38,478 bases of DNA from an uncultured Chlamydiae bacterium. GTDB lineage: Bacteria > Chlamydiota > Chlamydiia > Chlamydiales > Rhabdochlamydiaceae. The stretch covers positions 1 through 38,478 of the forward strand of contig CAMFJP010000001.1 in the NCBI GenBank assembly GCA_945957075.1, read 5' to 3'. Below the pieces are notes generated by a model that searched no databases, was not told the origin of the DNA, and saw only the letters and a list, made by a program, of their open reading frames with translations. Positions 8,774 through 18,209 of this stretch are shown piece by piece. The translations under genes were made by a program, and so were the position numbers. Numbering within the stretch: position 1 is the first letter of the stretch; the number at the start of each line of letters is the position of its first letter.

Positions 8774-11170
8774 ATGAAAGTTCCACTCTCTAGATTAAAA
8801 AATTATATCAAGTGCCCAGACTCTCCAGAGCAAATCGCAGATACCCTGAACAAACTGGGGCTTGAAGTAGAAAAAGTTGATTCCCTAAAGGCTACCTTCT
8901 CTGGAGTTGTAGTCGCAAAGCTACTGGATGTCATTCCCCATCCTCACGCAGACAGATTACGTGTTGCAACCGCATTTGATGGCGAGCAAAAATGGCAAAT
9001 CGTCTGTGGAGCTAGCAACTGCAGAACAGGGATTACAGTACCCCTTGCTAAAATTGGAGCTACGCTTCCAACTCCTGATGGAAAATCTTGGAAAATAAAA
9101 AAAACAAAATTGCGGGATATCGAATCCAACGGCATGTTATGCGCTGCTGAAGAGCTTGGACTACCCGCATCTGAGGGCATCTTAGAATTACCGGAAGACA
9201 CCCCCATCGGAACAGACTTTGCAGAACTAATAGATCCCATATTTGACATTTCTCTAACCCCAAATCTTGGACACTGCATGAGCGTTCTTGGCATTGCAAG
9301 AGAGCTTGCAGCCGCTTGGAATATACCCTATAGTGCCCAGACCCCTAACATCTCTCACAAGGCACCTTCCTCTTTAGAGGTGCGTATCGAAGATACAGCA
9401 AGCTGTCCACGCTATAGCTGCATCTTAGTTGAAGGTGTTACAATTGGCCCCTCGCCCGCATGGCTTCAAGAGCGCTTAAAGGCCTCCTCTATACGCAGCA
9501 TCAATAATGCTGTCGATATCGGCAACTTTATCATGCTCGAGTACGGACAACCCCTACATTTTTTTGATTACGACACCCTATCTCCTGGCCCTATCATCAT
9601 CAAAGAAGAATCTGCATACAAAGAGCTTGTCACCTTAGATGGACAGCGGCGTCATATTCCTGAAAAAACACTACTAATATGTGATCAAAACGGCCCCCTT
9701 GCATTTGCAGGAGTGATGGGAGGAGAACATTCGTCTGTAACAGAAAAAACAACACGCATTTTAATCGAATCTGCCTACTTTTCCAAAGAATGTATACAAA
9801 AGTCTGCAAAGCTATTAAAGCTACGCACAGAGTCCTCGATGCGTTTTGAAAGAGGCATAGATCCAGCAGCTGTATTAGACAACCTACTGCGAGCAGCTAA
9901 CCTATTAACATCTATAGCTGGGGGGCACATCCAAGGCGCACCCATGGATAAAAACAATACGATCCCTCCAAACCCCATCGCCTTTAACCCAAATGCTGTG
10001 AGTGCATTTTTGGGAATATGTATTAGTCACAGTGAAATTATCGATATCTTTCAGAAATTAGAAATAAAAGTTAAAGAACTTTCAGATACGCTATGGCATA
10101 TATTTCCACCAACCTATAGACAGGATCTTTGTATCGCAGCAGATCTTATGGAAGAGATAGCCCGCCTTTATGGGTATCACAACTTTCCTAGAGTAAAGCC
10201 CTCCTGCACGCTATCTGAAATGCAAAGCTCTCCTATGTTTATATACGCACAAAAGGCGCGCTCGGCTCTTCGTGCATCGGGTCTACAAGAATTTCTTACC
10301 TGCAACCTAATTTCCCCAAGCCAAGCAGAAGGAGCTAGCTTTCCCATCCGCGCAAAGGAAAGTATAATTCATGTCTTACACCCACGCTCTATAGAGCAAT
10401 CTGCACTACGGCCCTCTTTGCTCCCAGGTCTTTTACAGGCAGTTGGGTATAATCTGGCAAGAGAAACTCACGACATTCAAGGTTTTGAAGTGGGTAAAAT
10501 ACATTGGAAACAAGATCATCGTCCAGAAGAGCAGCTAGCTGCCGCAATTATTCTTACCGGAAAAAGCACCCCAACACATTTTTCTAAAAAAATGGAAGAG
10601 GTAAACTTTTTCGAACTCAAAGGTCTAATAGAAAACTTTATCGACTCCCTACAATGCCAAGCCCCCCGTTTTGTCCCCTCTCACCTTACACAATTTCATC
10701 CTAAAAGACAGGCTTCGATTTACATTGGCGATGTCCTTGTAGGTGTTCTAGGGGAATTACACCCTGATTACCTAGATAACTATTCTATAAAACAACGGGT
10801 TTTGTTTGCAGAATGCAGCCTAAACGATCTGCACGCACAAAAAAAGCTAGAAGCAGCGGCCCTTCCTCCCCCACTCTATCCCTCTTCAACAAGAGATTGG
10901 ACTCTCTGCTTACCAGAAGAGCTGCCCATAGACAGAGTTTTAGAAGCAATTGACGCAATACGCCCCCCTCTTTTAGAAACAGTGTTTGTTTTAGATCTTT
11001 ACAAAAGTTCTGAAATCGGAAAAGATAAGAAAAACGCTACGCTCCGCTTTATCTACAGGGACAAGGACAAAACGCTTTCCTTAGAGGCTGTAGAAGAGGC
11101 GCATGCCCAATTAACCAAACAGGTCGCAGAACACCTGCGCAAAAAGCATGAGGTCATGAATGAAATATAA
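8774..11170 (+). CDS. pheT: Phenylalanine--tRNA ligase beta subunit
   Basis: The ORF opens at 8717, but ATG 8774 (MKVPLSRLKNYI) matches the usual PheT N-terminus. It has a tRNA-binding domain (VVAKLLDVIPHPHADRLRVA), then B3/4, B5 and C-terminal FDX-ACB-like regions. Confidence 0.92.
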   Translation: MKVPLSRLKNYIKCPDSPEQIADTLNKLGLEVEKVDSLKATFSGVVVAKLLDVIPHPHADRLRVATAFDGEQKWQIVCGASNCRTGITVPLAKIGATLPTPDGKSWKIKKTKLRDIESNGMLCAAEELGLPASEGILELPEDTPIGTDFAELIDPIFDISLTPNLGHCMSVLGIARELAAAWNIPYSAQTPNISHKAPSSLEVRIEDTASCPRYSCILVEGVTIGPSPAWLQERLKASSIRSINNAVDIGNFIMLEYGQPLHFFDYDTLSPGPIIIKEESAYKELVTLDGQRRHIPEKTLLICDQNGPLAFAGVMGGEHSSVTEKTTRILIESAYFSKECIQKSAKLLKLRTESSMRFERGIDPAAVLDNLLRAANLLTSIAGGHIQGAPMDKNNTIPPNPIAFNPNAVSAFLGICISHSEIIDIFQKLEIKVKELSDTLWHIFPPTYRQDLCIAADLMEEIARLYGYHNFPRVKPSCTLSEMQSSPMFIYAQKARSALRASGLQEFLTCNLISPSQAEGASFPIRAKESIIHVLHPRSIEQSALRPSLLPGLLQAVGYNLARETHDIQGFEVGKIHWKQDHRPEEQLAAAIILTGKSTPTHFSKKMEEVNFFELKGLIENFIDSLQCQAPRFVPSHLTQFHPKRQASIYIGDVLVGVLGELHPDYLDNYSIKQRVLFAECSLNDLHAQKKLEAAALPPPLYPSSTRDWTLCLPEELPIDRVLEAIDAIRPPLLETVFVLDLYKSSEIGKDKKNATLRFIYRDKDKTLSLEAVEEAHAQLTKQVAEHLRKKHEVMNEI

Positions 11171-12161
11171 GACATACTTTGCGTGTACAACTCTTGCCCT
11201 ACTTTGTTGCGCATGCCAAAAACACAAGAAAGAGGATGACGTTATTTCACAACGCTATATCCATAAATACGGGTATGCAGTATCTAAAGAAGAATGGGAT
11301 GAAAATCATTACCCAGGACAAATTGTCACCTCATTAAAAAATGGCGTGACCATGACAGCTTCGTACGAAAACGGCTATCTACACGGCCCTTGCACCTACA
11401 GCTATCCAGATAGTCAAACGATTGAAAATTACTCCCTTTACAACCAAGGCGCGCTTGTCAAAGAAGCTCACTATGATGTTCACGGACTTCCTGTTAGAGA
11501 ACGCGTACAACTCTCTCCCTCTCGCTACACAATCACACTGTGGTATGCAGAAGGCAGTCCACTGAGTATCGAAGAATATGCTCATGAAGAACTTCTTGAA
11601 GGACAGTATTTTACAACAACTAACGAAATTGAAGGGCGTGTCGAAAAAGGAACGGGACTGCGCGTACGCAGAACAGCTCAAGGTGTTCTTGTATCCAAAG
11701 ACAGCTTTGAACAAGGCTATATGACACGAAAAGAGTCTTTCTATACAAACGGCAACCCAGAAAGCATCGTGCACTACAGCCGCACTCTTTTACACGGAGA
11801 ACGTAAAACCTTTGCTCCAACAGGAGAGCCCATCGCCATCGAGGAATACATTAATGGCAAATTACACGGGAAAGCCACCTATTTCAAAAACGGCATTCGC
11901 TGTGTTGAAATTTCCTATCTAGATGGGATGAAAAACGGCCCTGAAATTCATTTTATTGATGGGGAGATCGTCTCTCAAGAATTAAATTGGGAAGATGACC
12001 AAAAGCACGGCCCCGCTGTGTACTACATCGATGGTTCCCGGCATACCCAATGGTACTATGCAGGTCAACAGGTCTCTAAATCGCGCTTTGAAGAATTAAC
12101 ACATCTAGACGACATGATTTCCCAAATTTCTCCTGATGTGACTTTATACAACGCAAGGTAA
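11160..12161 (+). CDS. MORN-variant (YwqK-like) repeat protein, probable lipoprotein
   Basis: Signal-like N-terminus ending LALLCCAC. Repeated units of the G..HG....Y..G type (NGYLHGPCTYSYPD, NGKLHGKATYFKNG, DGMKNGPEIHFIDG, DQKHGPAVYYIDG). Overlaps the pheT end by 11 nt. Confidence 0.7.
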   Translation: MKYKTYFACTTLALLCCACQKHKKEDDVISQRYIHKYGYAVSKEEWDENHYPGQIVTSLKNGVTMTASYENGYLHGPCTYSYPDSQTIENYSLYNQGALVKEAHYDVHGLPVRERVQLSPSRYTITLWYAEGSPLSIEEYAHEELLEGQYFTTTNEIEGRVEKGTGLRVRRTAQGVLVSKDSFEQGYMTRKESFYTNGNPESIVHYSRTLLHGERKTFAPTGEPIAIEEYINGKLHGKATYFKNGIRCVEISYLDGMKNGPEIHFIDGEIVSQELNWEDDQKHGPAVYYIDGSRHTQWYYAGQQVSKSRFEELTHLDDMISQISPDVTLYNAR

Positions 12162-12171
12162 TCTAATTCCT

Positions 12172-12199
12172 AGCGCCCACATCTGTGGGCGCTATTTTT
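12172..12199 (+). terminator. Rho-independent terminator after the pheT-MORN unit
   Basis: AGCGCCCAC (12172-12180), loop ATCT, GTGGGCGCT (12185-12193), then ATTTTTG. Confidence 0.8.
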
Positions 12200-12202
12200 G
12201 TC

Positions 12203-12231
12203 TTGTTAGCACATAGGCAATCTGCTACACT
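12203..12231 (+). promoter_or_regulatory. Candidate promoter of the ferredoxin/IscA pair
   Basis: TTGTTA (12203-12208), 17-nt spacer, TACACT (12226-12231). GAAGG lies just upstream of ATG 12257. Confidence 0.4.
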
Positions 12232-12256
12232 TTCCAGAAAAATAACTGAAGGCAAT

Positions 12257-12520
12257 ATGGCAAAAATTATTTTTGAGCCCTATGGCGATGAAAGGGAAGT
12301 TGCAGACGGCTCCTCTCTTGTTGAACCCTGTGAAGAATGCGGCGTCCCCTTTGCTTGTACAGAGGGCGTATGTGGAACCTGCGTTATCGAAGTCTTAGAA
12401 GGGATGGAAAATCTATCAGAATTTACACAGGAAGAACGCGATTTTTTAGGCGATCCCGGAAAAGAACGTCTAGCTTGTCAGTGTAAAATTCAGCAAGGTC
12501 TTATAAAAATAAAATTTTAA
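12257..12520 (+). CDS. 2Fe-2S ferredoxin-like protein
   Basis: The ORF opens at GTG 12185, inside the terminator. ATG 12257 (MAKIIFEPYG) is preferred. Cys pattern CTEGVCGTCV ... LACQC. Confidence 0.75.
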   Translation: MAKIIFEPYGDEREVADGSSLVEPCEECGVPFACTEGVCGTCVIEVLEGMENLSEFTQEERDFLGDPGKERLACQCKIQQGLIKIKF

Positions 12521-12530
12521 TAGGGATACT

Positions 12531-13094
12531 ATGATAACAAACCAAATCTCCCGCGAAATGACAATTGAAGACATTCTTCGTCAATTTCCAGGCAAAGGAC
12601 AACTTTTAGCACAAGAAATTACAAGCAGTGGAGTGCACTGCATGGGATGCCAAGCAGAAACGTGGAAAACATTAGAAGCTGGCATGCTAGAAATTGGCTC
12701 TACAGATGAAGAAATTGACACTCTTGTATCCAGACTCAATGCTATTTTAACACAGACCATCGACACAACGACCATTTCACTAACCCCAAGAGCTGCGGAA
12801 AAATATCTACACATTCTTAAAGAAGAGGGCAAAGAGGGCTGGGGACTCCGTTTTGGTGATAGAGCAGCTGGCTGCAGCGGATTCGAATACACACTAGACT
12901 ACTCTGAAAAAGCAGATCCTGAAGACACAGTGTTCACCTCAGAGGGCGTACAAATCCATGTCCATAGCGCCTTTGTAGAACGTTTAATGGGCTCTGTTAT
13001 TGACTATGTGGATGGGTTAAACGGTTCAGGATTTAAAATCACAAACCCCAATGTTAAAGGATGCTGCGGCTGCGGCAAATCCCAAAGCTACTAA
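12531..13094 (+). CDS. Fusion of a DUF1858-like redox-disulfide domain with a HesB/IscA-type Fe-S cluster carrier
   Basis: The N-terminal ~75 aa carry HCMGCQ (DUF1858-like). The C-terminal half has IscA signatures AGCSGFEY and C-terminal GCCGCGKS. Confidence 0.72.
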   Translation: MITNQISREMTIEDILRQFPGKGQLLAQEITSSGVHCMGCQAETWKTLEAGMLEIGSTDEEIDTLVSRLNAILTQTIDTTTISLTPRAAEKYLHILKEEGKEGWGLRFGDRAAGCSGFEYTLDYSEKADPEDTVFTSEGVQIHVHSAFVERLMGSVIDYVDGLNGSGFKITNPNVKGCCGCGKSQSY

Positions 13095-13117
13095 CACACG
13101 CAGGTACAACATAAAAA

Positions 13118-14458
13118 TCAGGGGGAGGAGGCGCAAAACAGCTGCTTTATTTTCCAATCGAGATAAATGTCGTTATCACGAAAGCAGCGTTGGATAATTT
13201 CATCCTGTTGAATTTCAGGAATGCGCATCATTTGTTCTACCCCCTTCTCATCTAAGGTGTTCAAACGGCCTATATAGCGCCCATTAAAACAAACCCATCC
13301 TAGAGAAGGAATGTGCCGCACATACCTTTTGACATATTCTCTTAAAAAACCGAGTACTTCCAAAGAGTAGCTGGGCAGTACAGGCTGCACGCCCTGAATC
13401 CCATCTGCATATTGTAGTTCTTTGATGATTCCAGAAATTTGCAAACCAAGAGTATCATTATTTTGTATTTTACCAGTTTCTTGCAAAATATCCATTAATC
13501 TTACCATCTCAGCCCTATCTTCAGCCTCTAGTATAGGACTGTAAATGCAAGAGTAATATTGCGTTTTCGTGACACTTGGACGCTCTGTCCACATAACAAC
13601 TGGAGATGTAAAACCCAAAACGTCAATTAAGGTATAATCTGAAATATTAGAGACATCGATAAGACTTACTCTACGCCTTAAAAGATCTCGCACGTCACCA
13701 ATATCACCAACTGTCGCAATAATGTTTCCAGCTCTTGCATATTTTTGTAACGTAAAAAATGGGCGCTTGTCTCTGTAATACATAACGCCTCTAAATGCAT
13801 CCGCAGATTGAGGTCTCTCATGCCAAGATTTCCACTGACTATCTAACGAAAAATAAACCTTTGCAAAATCTTCTAAGTGGCGATCGTAATAAGATTTTAC
13901 ACTACCTGGCATGGGACTACTCTCCATTTTTCGTTGAATCAAAGCCAGCCTCTTAGTAAAACCCTGATTAATAGACGTTGCGGACTGTTTGCAAACAGGA
14001 CTGAATATCGGACTCTCTTTAACCTCTTCTAAACGGGAATCATGCACATAAAGTCCTTCCGATAGAGCACGAAATTCCACATCATCTTCTGAAATGCGCA
14101 AGAGCAAAACAACAAAGTCAACATAGGCTTTAACACGTGGATTAATATCCCGAACAACCAAACCTTCACATCTACAAGATGCCGCTAAAATCAAATCAAA
14201 AAAACTTCTTTCTGTTCCCGTAGATACAATTACCCCTCGTTTAGATAAAGTGGCAACGTGTGCTAAGGCATCTAGGGGATTTCCTTCGTTTGGAACTAAA
14301 TAATCTGGAAAATTTACTTTTCTATAGATATCAATGGGGATCAAACAAAAATCACAAAACTCTTCCTCTAAACTCCTCGTATGCAGTGGGGGACCTGAGC
14401 GTACGTGGTAACCGCGCCATACCTTTTGAATAGAACAAGCTGCTAAATCTGGAGTCAT
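13118..14458 (-). CDS. Orphan protein, paralog of 32166..33887 (family unrecognised)
   Basis: 446 aa, ATG start, no signal peptide or TM. Blocks shared with the 573-aa ORF: GVIVSTGTERSF / LVVRDINPRVKAYVDF / YYDRHLEDF / GNIIATVGDIGD / IDVSNISDY / LGWVCF. Confidence 0.7.
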   Translation of the reverse strand: MTPDLAACSIQKVWRGYHVRSGPPLHTRSLEEEFCDFCLIPIDIYRKVNFPDYLVPNEGNPLDALAHVATLSKRGVIVSTGTERSFFDLILAASCRCEGLVVRDINPRVKAYVDFVVLLLRISEDDVEFRALSEGLYVHDSRLEEVKESPIFSPVCKQSATSINQGFTKRLALIQRKMESSPMPGSVKSYYDRHLEDFAKVYFSLDSQWKSWHERPQSADAFRGVMYYRDKRPFFTLQKYARAGNIIATVGDIGDVRDLLRRRVSLIDVSNISDYTLIDVLGFTSPVVMWTERPSVTKTQYYSCIYSPILEAEDRAEMVRLMDILQETGKIQNNDTLGLQISGIIKELQYADGIQGVQPVLPSYSLEVLGFLREYVKRYVRHIPSLGWVCFNGRYIGRLNTLDEKGVEQMMRIPEIQQDEIIQRCFRDNDIYLDWKIKQLFCASSP

Positions 14459-14546
14459 AAAAAACCGTACTTTTAATAAAAAAACTAAATTATAAAATAT
14501 AATAGAATTAAATATAATATAATTAAATTTTTAAATTTTCAGTTTA

Positions 14547-15590
14547 TTACATCTCAAGCAAAAGTCTAGCCGGGTCTTCTAAATTTTTCTTTATGTTCAC
14601 GAGAAAAAGAACAGCTTCTTTGCCATCAAGAATGCGGTGATCATAGCTTAAAGCAACATACATCATAGGACGAATGACAATCGCATCATCGACAACAACA
14701 GGGCGTTTTACAATTGTATGCATCCCTAAAATAGCACTTTGTGGAGGATTTAAAATCGGGGTAGAAAGTAGTGAGCCAAACACGCCCCCATTGGTAATGG
14801 TAAAGCTACCACCGCGCAAATCGTCTACAGATAGACGCCCAGATTTTGCTTTATCTGCAAAGGATACAATTGCCTTTTCTACGTCGCCAAATGAAAGTGT
14901 ATCGCATCCTCTGATAACAGGAACAACAAGGCCTCTATCTGTTGAAACTGCCACCCCAATATCATAGGTATTTAGGCTCACAATATCCTCACCATCTATG
15001 TAGGAATTGACCTCTGGAACCTCCTGTAAAGCGGAAACAGATGCCTTAACAAAAAAAGACATAAAACCAAGGCGTGCTCCATATTTTTCTTCGAAGTTCT
15101 TTTTCTCGCGCGCACGAATATCCATAACAGCGCTCATATCAATTTCATTAAAGGTCGTGAGCATGGCTGTTTGATTTTTAGCTTCAACAAGGCGCCTTGC
15201 TAAAACTTTACGCAAAGAGCTCATGGGTTTACGCGTTGCAGGATGGGCATGTGCTATTTCACGAGTTTCTTGCACTGGGGCTTGCGGGGGTGTCTCCACA
15301 GGGGTCTCTTTTACAGGTATTTTAGACTCCGCTGCGGGCTGCTCTTCTTTGTGCAAAGCAGGCTCAACAAGGCCTATCACTTGACCAACTATTACCCTAT
15401 CTCCTACAGAAACGCGCCATGTGATCACGCCCTCACCTGGAGCATACAGCACTTGATTCACCTTATCTGTTTCGATTTCTATGATCTCCTCATCAGCCCG
15501 AACAAGACTACCAGCTGGCTTTAAAATAGCGCTAATCGACGCCTCAGATACAGATTCGCCCATCGCGGGGATTTTAATCTCTATGCTCAT
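14547..15590 (-). CDS. sucB: 2-oxoglutarate dehydrogenase E2 (dihydrolipoyllysine succinyltransferase)
   Basis: Lipoyl domain with IETDKV; catalytic SYDHRILDG; 4-nt overlap with sucA. Confidence 0.93.
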   Translation of the reverse strand: MSIEIKIPAMGESVSEASISAILKPAGSLVRADEEIIEIETDKVNQVLYAPGEGVITWRVSVGDRVIVGQVIGLVEPALHKEEQPAAESKIPVKETPVETPPQAPVQETREIAHAHPATRKPMSSLRKVLARRLVEAKNQTAMLTTFNEIDMSAVMDIRAREKKNFEEKYGARLGFMSFFVKASVSALQEVPEVNSYIDGEDIVSLNTYDIGVAVSTDRGLVVPVIRGCDTLSFGDVEKAIVSFADKAKSGRLSVDDLRGGSFTITNGGVFGSLLSTPILNPPQSAILGMHTIVKRPVVVDDAIVIRPMMYVALSYDHRILDGKEAVLFLVNIKKNLEDPARLLLEM

Positions 15591-18163
15591 GCAAAAGCCT
15601 CGTCCATTAGTATTTTATATTGCATATCGTGCAGGGCATGCAAGCCTACAGCTGGAGATGCTGCAACCGCTCTTCCAACATATTTTAGCTTTGGCATTAA
15701 AGCCCGCATATATGTTGCAGCGCCCATATTTGCGGGCTCTTCTTGAACCCATGTGGGATCGATATGGTATTTCTTGACTATAAGATCTATTTCTTTCTGT
15801 GGGAAGGGATAAAGCTGCTCTATTCTAACAATCGCGATATCGTCTACCCCCCGTTTTTCTTTTTCTTTGACAAGATCGTAGTATATTTTTCCAGAACAAA
15901 GCAGCAACTTCCTGGTTGATTGCACAGCTGCAGGATCATCCAGAATAGGTGTAAAACAGCCTGTAAGGAGAGCCTCTTTAGAGCTGCGCACCATAGGATG
16001 TCTTAAAAGAGCTTTTGGAGTAAAAATAATAAGAGGGTTTTCTGCATCCACCTGTCTTCGTAAAACATGAAATAGTTGCGCTGGGGTTGTAGGATTTACT
16101 ACGCACATATTATTTTGTCCACATAGCTGTAAAAAACGCTCGATACGAGCTGACGAGTGCTCGGGGCCCTGTCCTTCATATCCATGCGGAAGCATGAGCG
16201 TCAAAGGCGAGCCTTGAGCCCATTTTTGTTTTGAAGCTGCAAGATACTGATCAATAACGATTTGTGCTCCATTGGCAAAATCCCCAAACTGCGCCTCCCA
16301 AATCACAAGAGAGCGCGTATATACGGTACTATAACCAAATTCAAATCCCAAAACCGCATATTCCGAAAGGGGAGAATTATAGACCTCAAAAGGAGCCTGT
16401 CCCTCACGAATATGTGCTAAAGGGCAATAGCTGCTGCCTGTTTTTTGATCGATCCATATGCTATGACGATGGGAAAAGGTACCCCGTCCTGCGTCCTGCC
16501 CAGATAGCCTGACATGAATCCCCTCATCGACTAAAGAGCCGTAGGCTAGCATCTCAGCAGTTGCCCAATCAACAAAGTCATTAAAGGCTTTTCTTCTCTC
16601 CTGCATAAGCTTTTCTATCTTTGAATGTGCGCAAAACCCTTCGGGGATTTTCGTACAGGCCTCCAACAGAAAATAGGCTCTATCCTCAGAAATCTTTGTT
16701 TCTTTGGGCTCTTTAGCAGGCTGCGACTCTTTTGGCTGTGGTGTATGGGTAGAAATGTGATCTAGCGCCGCCTGCAGCTGCCTTTTAAACGCCTCTTCAT
16801 CAAGAAGAGCCTCTTCGTGCGTAAGAGCACCCTGTTCCACAAGTTTTTGCGTATAGATGGCGCGTACAGAGCGTTTTGCGCGCACCTTCTGATACATTAG
16901 GGGCTGAGTAAACGCTGGTTCATCACTTTCATTATGGCCATATTTTCTATACCCATTAAGATCAATAAAGACATCGCATGAAAATCTGTGCTTTATCCTC
17001 ATTGCCAACATTGCTGCAATTACGCACTCTTCTGGATCCTCTGCATTCACATGCAATACAGGAGCGCCAAAAGAGCGCGCTATATCTGTACAGTATCTTG
17101 TAGATCTAGACTCTTCTGGTTTGGCTGTAAAGCCCACTTGATTATTTACAACAATGTGAATTGTTCCCTGTGTTCCATAGCCCTGTAAACCCTGAAGCTG
17201 CATGGTTTCATATACAACCCCCTGCCCTGCAAGCGCCGCATCACCATGAATTAAAATAGGGTAAGAGCGCTCTCCACGCTTTTGCAAAGCAAACACCTGG
17301 CCTTCGACAACAGGATCAACAGATTCTAAATGACTTGGATTTGCAGCAAGAAAAAGACGCGCTGTCTTTCCATTCCTACACTGCAAGGACCCAGAATATC
17401 CCTTGTGATACTTCACATCTCCTGTACCCTCAAATAGTCCTGGCTTATAATAGTCTTCGAACTCACAAAAAATATCCGCATACGATTTACCCATAATATT
17501 TGTCAGAACATTCAATCGACCTCGATGACTCATACCGATAACTGCGCTCTCAAAACCTAAAAGAGCTCCCTCTGTAATTAAAAAACGCAGCATGGGAATT
17601 AAAGTCTCAGAACCCTCTAAGGAAAATCTTTTTTGCCCGACGTACTTAGTATGCAAAAAGGCTTCCAGAAGCTCTGCGCTATGCAGCATCTGCATTATTT
17701 CCCTTTTGTCTTCCAAAGATAAATGAATAGCACTCTCTGGTTCGATCATACTTTGGATATACCGCTCAAGATCACCGCCAAGTCCCATGTATTCGATGCC
17801 TCTATGCCCACAGTAGATACTCTTTAGCATCTCTATGAGCTTGCCAATCTGGATAGTTTCTATTTTACAAAACCCACAAGAAGAGACCGCCTCGTGCATA
17901 TCGTTAAATCCCCAAAACGAGGGGGATAATTGAACCGGAAGCGCTGGAATATCACTAAGAGGGTCTATGTGTGCTGCAAGGTGACCGTATACGCGATAGG
18001 CATCAATAAGACCCAAAACGTGGGCCCCTCTATTTTCCTCCGCCACGATTTGCGGTTTTATTTCAATCTGATCGAAAAAAGAGCGCCATGAAGGGTCAAT
18101 ACTTTCAGGACTTATTAGGTATGCTTGATACAAAGAATCTAAAAAATCTAACTGTGTTTCCAT
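15587..18163 (-). CDS. sucA: 2-oxoglutarate dehydrogenase E1 component
   Basis: 858 aa. Conserved blocks: [48 protein letters not shown]. Confidence 0.95.
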   Translation of the reverse strand: METQLDFLDSLYQAYLISPESIDPSWRSFFDQIEIKPQIVAEENRGAHVLGLIDAYRVYGHLAAHIDPLSDIPALPVQLSPSFWGFNDMHEAVSSCGFCKIETIQIGKLIEMLKSIYCGHRGIEYMGLGGDLERYIQSMIEPESAIHLSLEDKREIMQMLHSAELLEAFLHTKYVGQKRFSLEGSETLIPMLRFLITEGALLGFESAVIGMSHRGRLNVLTNIMGKSYADIFCEFEDYYKPGLFEGTGDVKYHKGYSGSLQCRNGKTARLFLAANPSHLESVDPVVEGQVFALQKRGERSYPILIHGDAALAGQGVVYETMQLQGLQGYGTQGTIHIVVNNQVGFTAKPEESRSTRYCTDIARSFGAPVLHVNAEDPEECVIAAMLAMRIKHRFSCDVFIDLNGYRKYGHNESDEPAFTQPLMYQKVRAKRSVRAIYTQKLVEQGALTHEEALLDEEAFKRQLQAALDHISTHTPQPKESQPAKEPKETKISEDRAYFLLEACTKIPEGFCAHSKIEKLMQERRKAFNDFVDWATAEMLAYGSLVDEGIHVRLSGQDAGRGTFSHRHSIWIDQKTGSSYCPLAHIREGQAPFEVYNSPLSEYAVLGFEFGYSTVYTRSLVIWEAQFGDFANGAQIVIDQYLAASKQKWAQGSPLTLMLPHGYEGQGPEHSSARIERFLQLCGQNNMCVVNPTTPAQLFHVLRRQVDAENPLIIFTPKALLRHPMVRSSKEALLTGCFTPILDDPAAVQSTRKLLLCSGKIYYDLVKEKEKRGVDDIAIVRIEQLYPFPQKEIDLIVKKYHIDPTWVQEEPANMGAATYMRALMPKLKYVGRAVAASPAVGLHALHDMQYKILMDEAFA

Positions 18164-18209
18164 ACTCTTATCTGATCAATTCTTGTATTTTATGAAAACA
18201 ACTTTTCCT

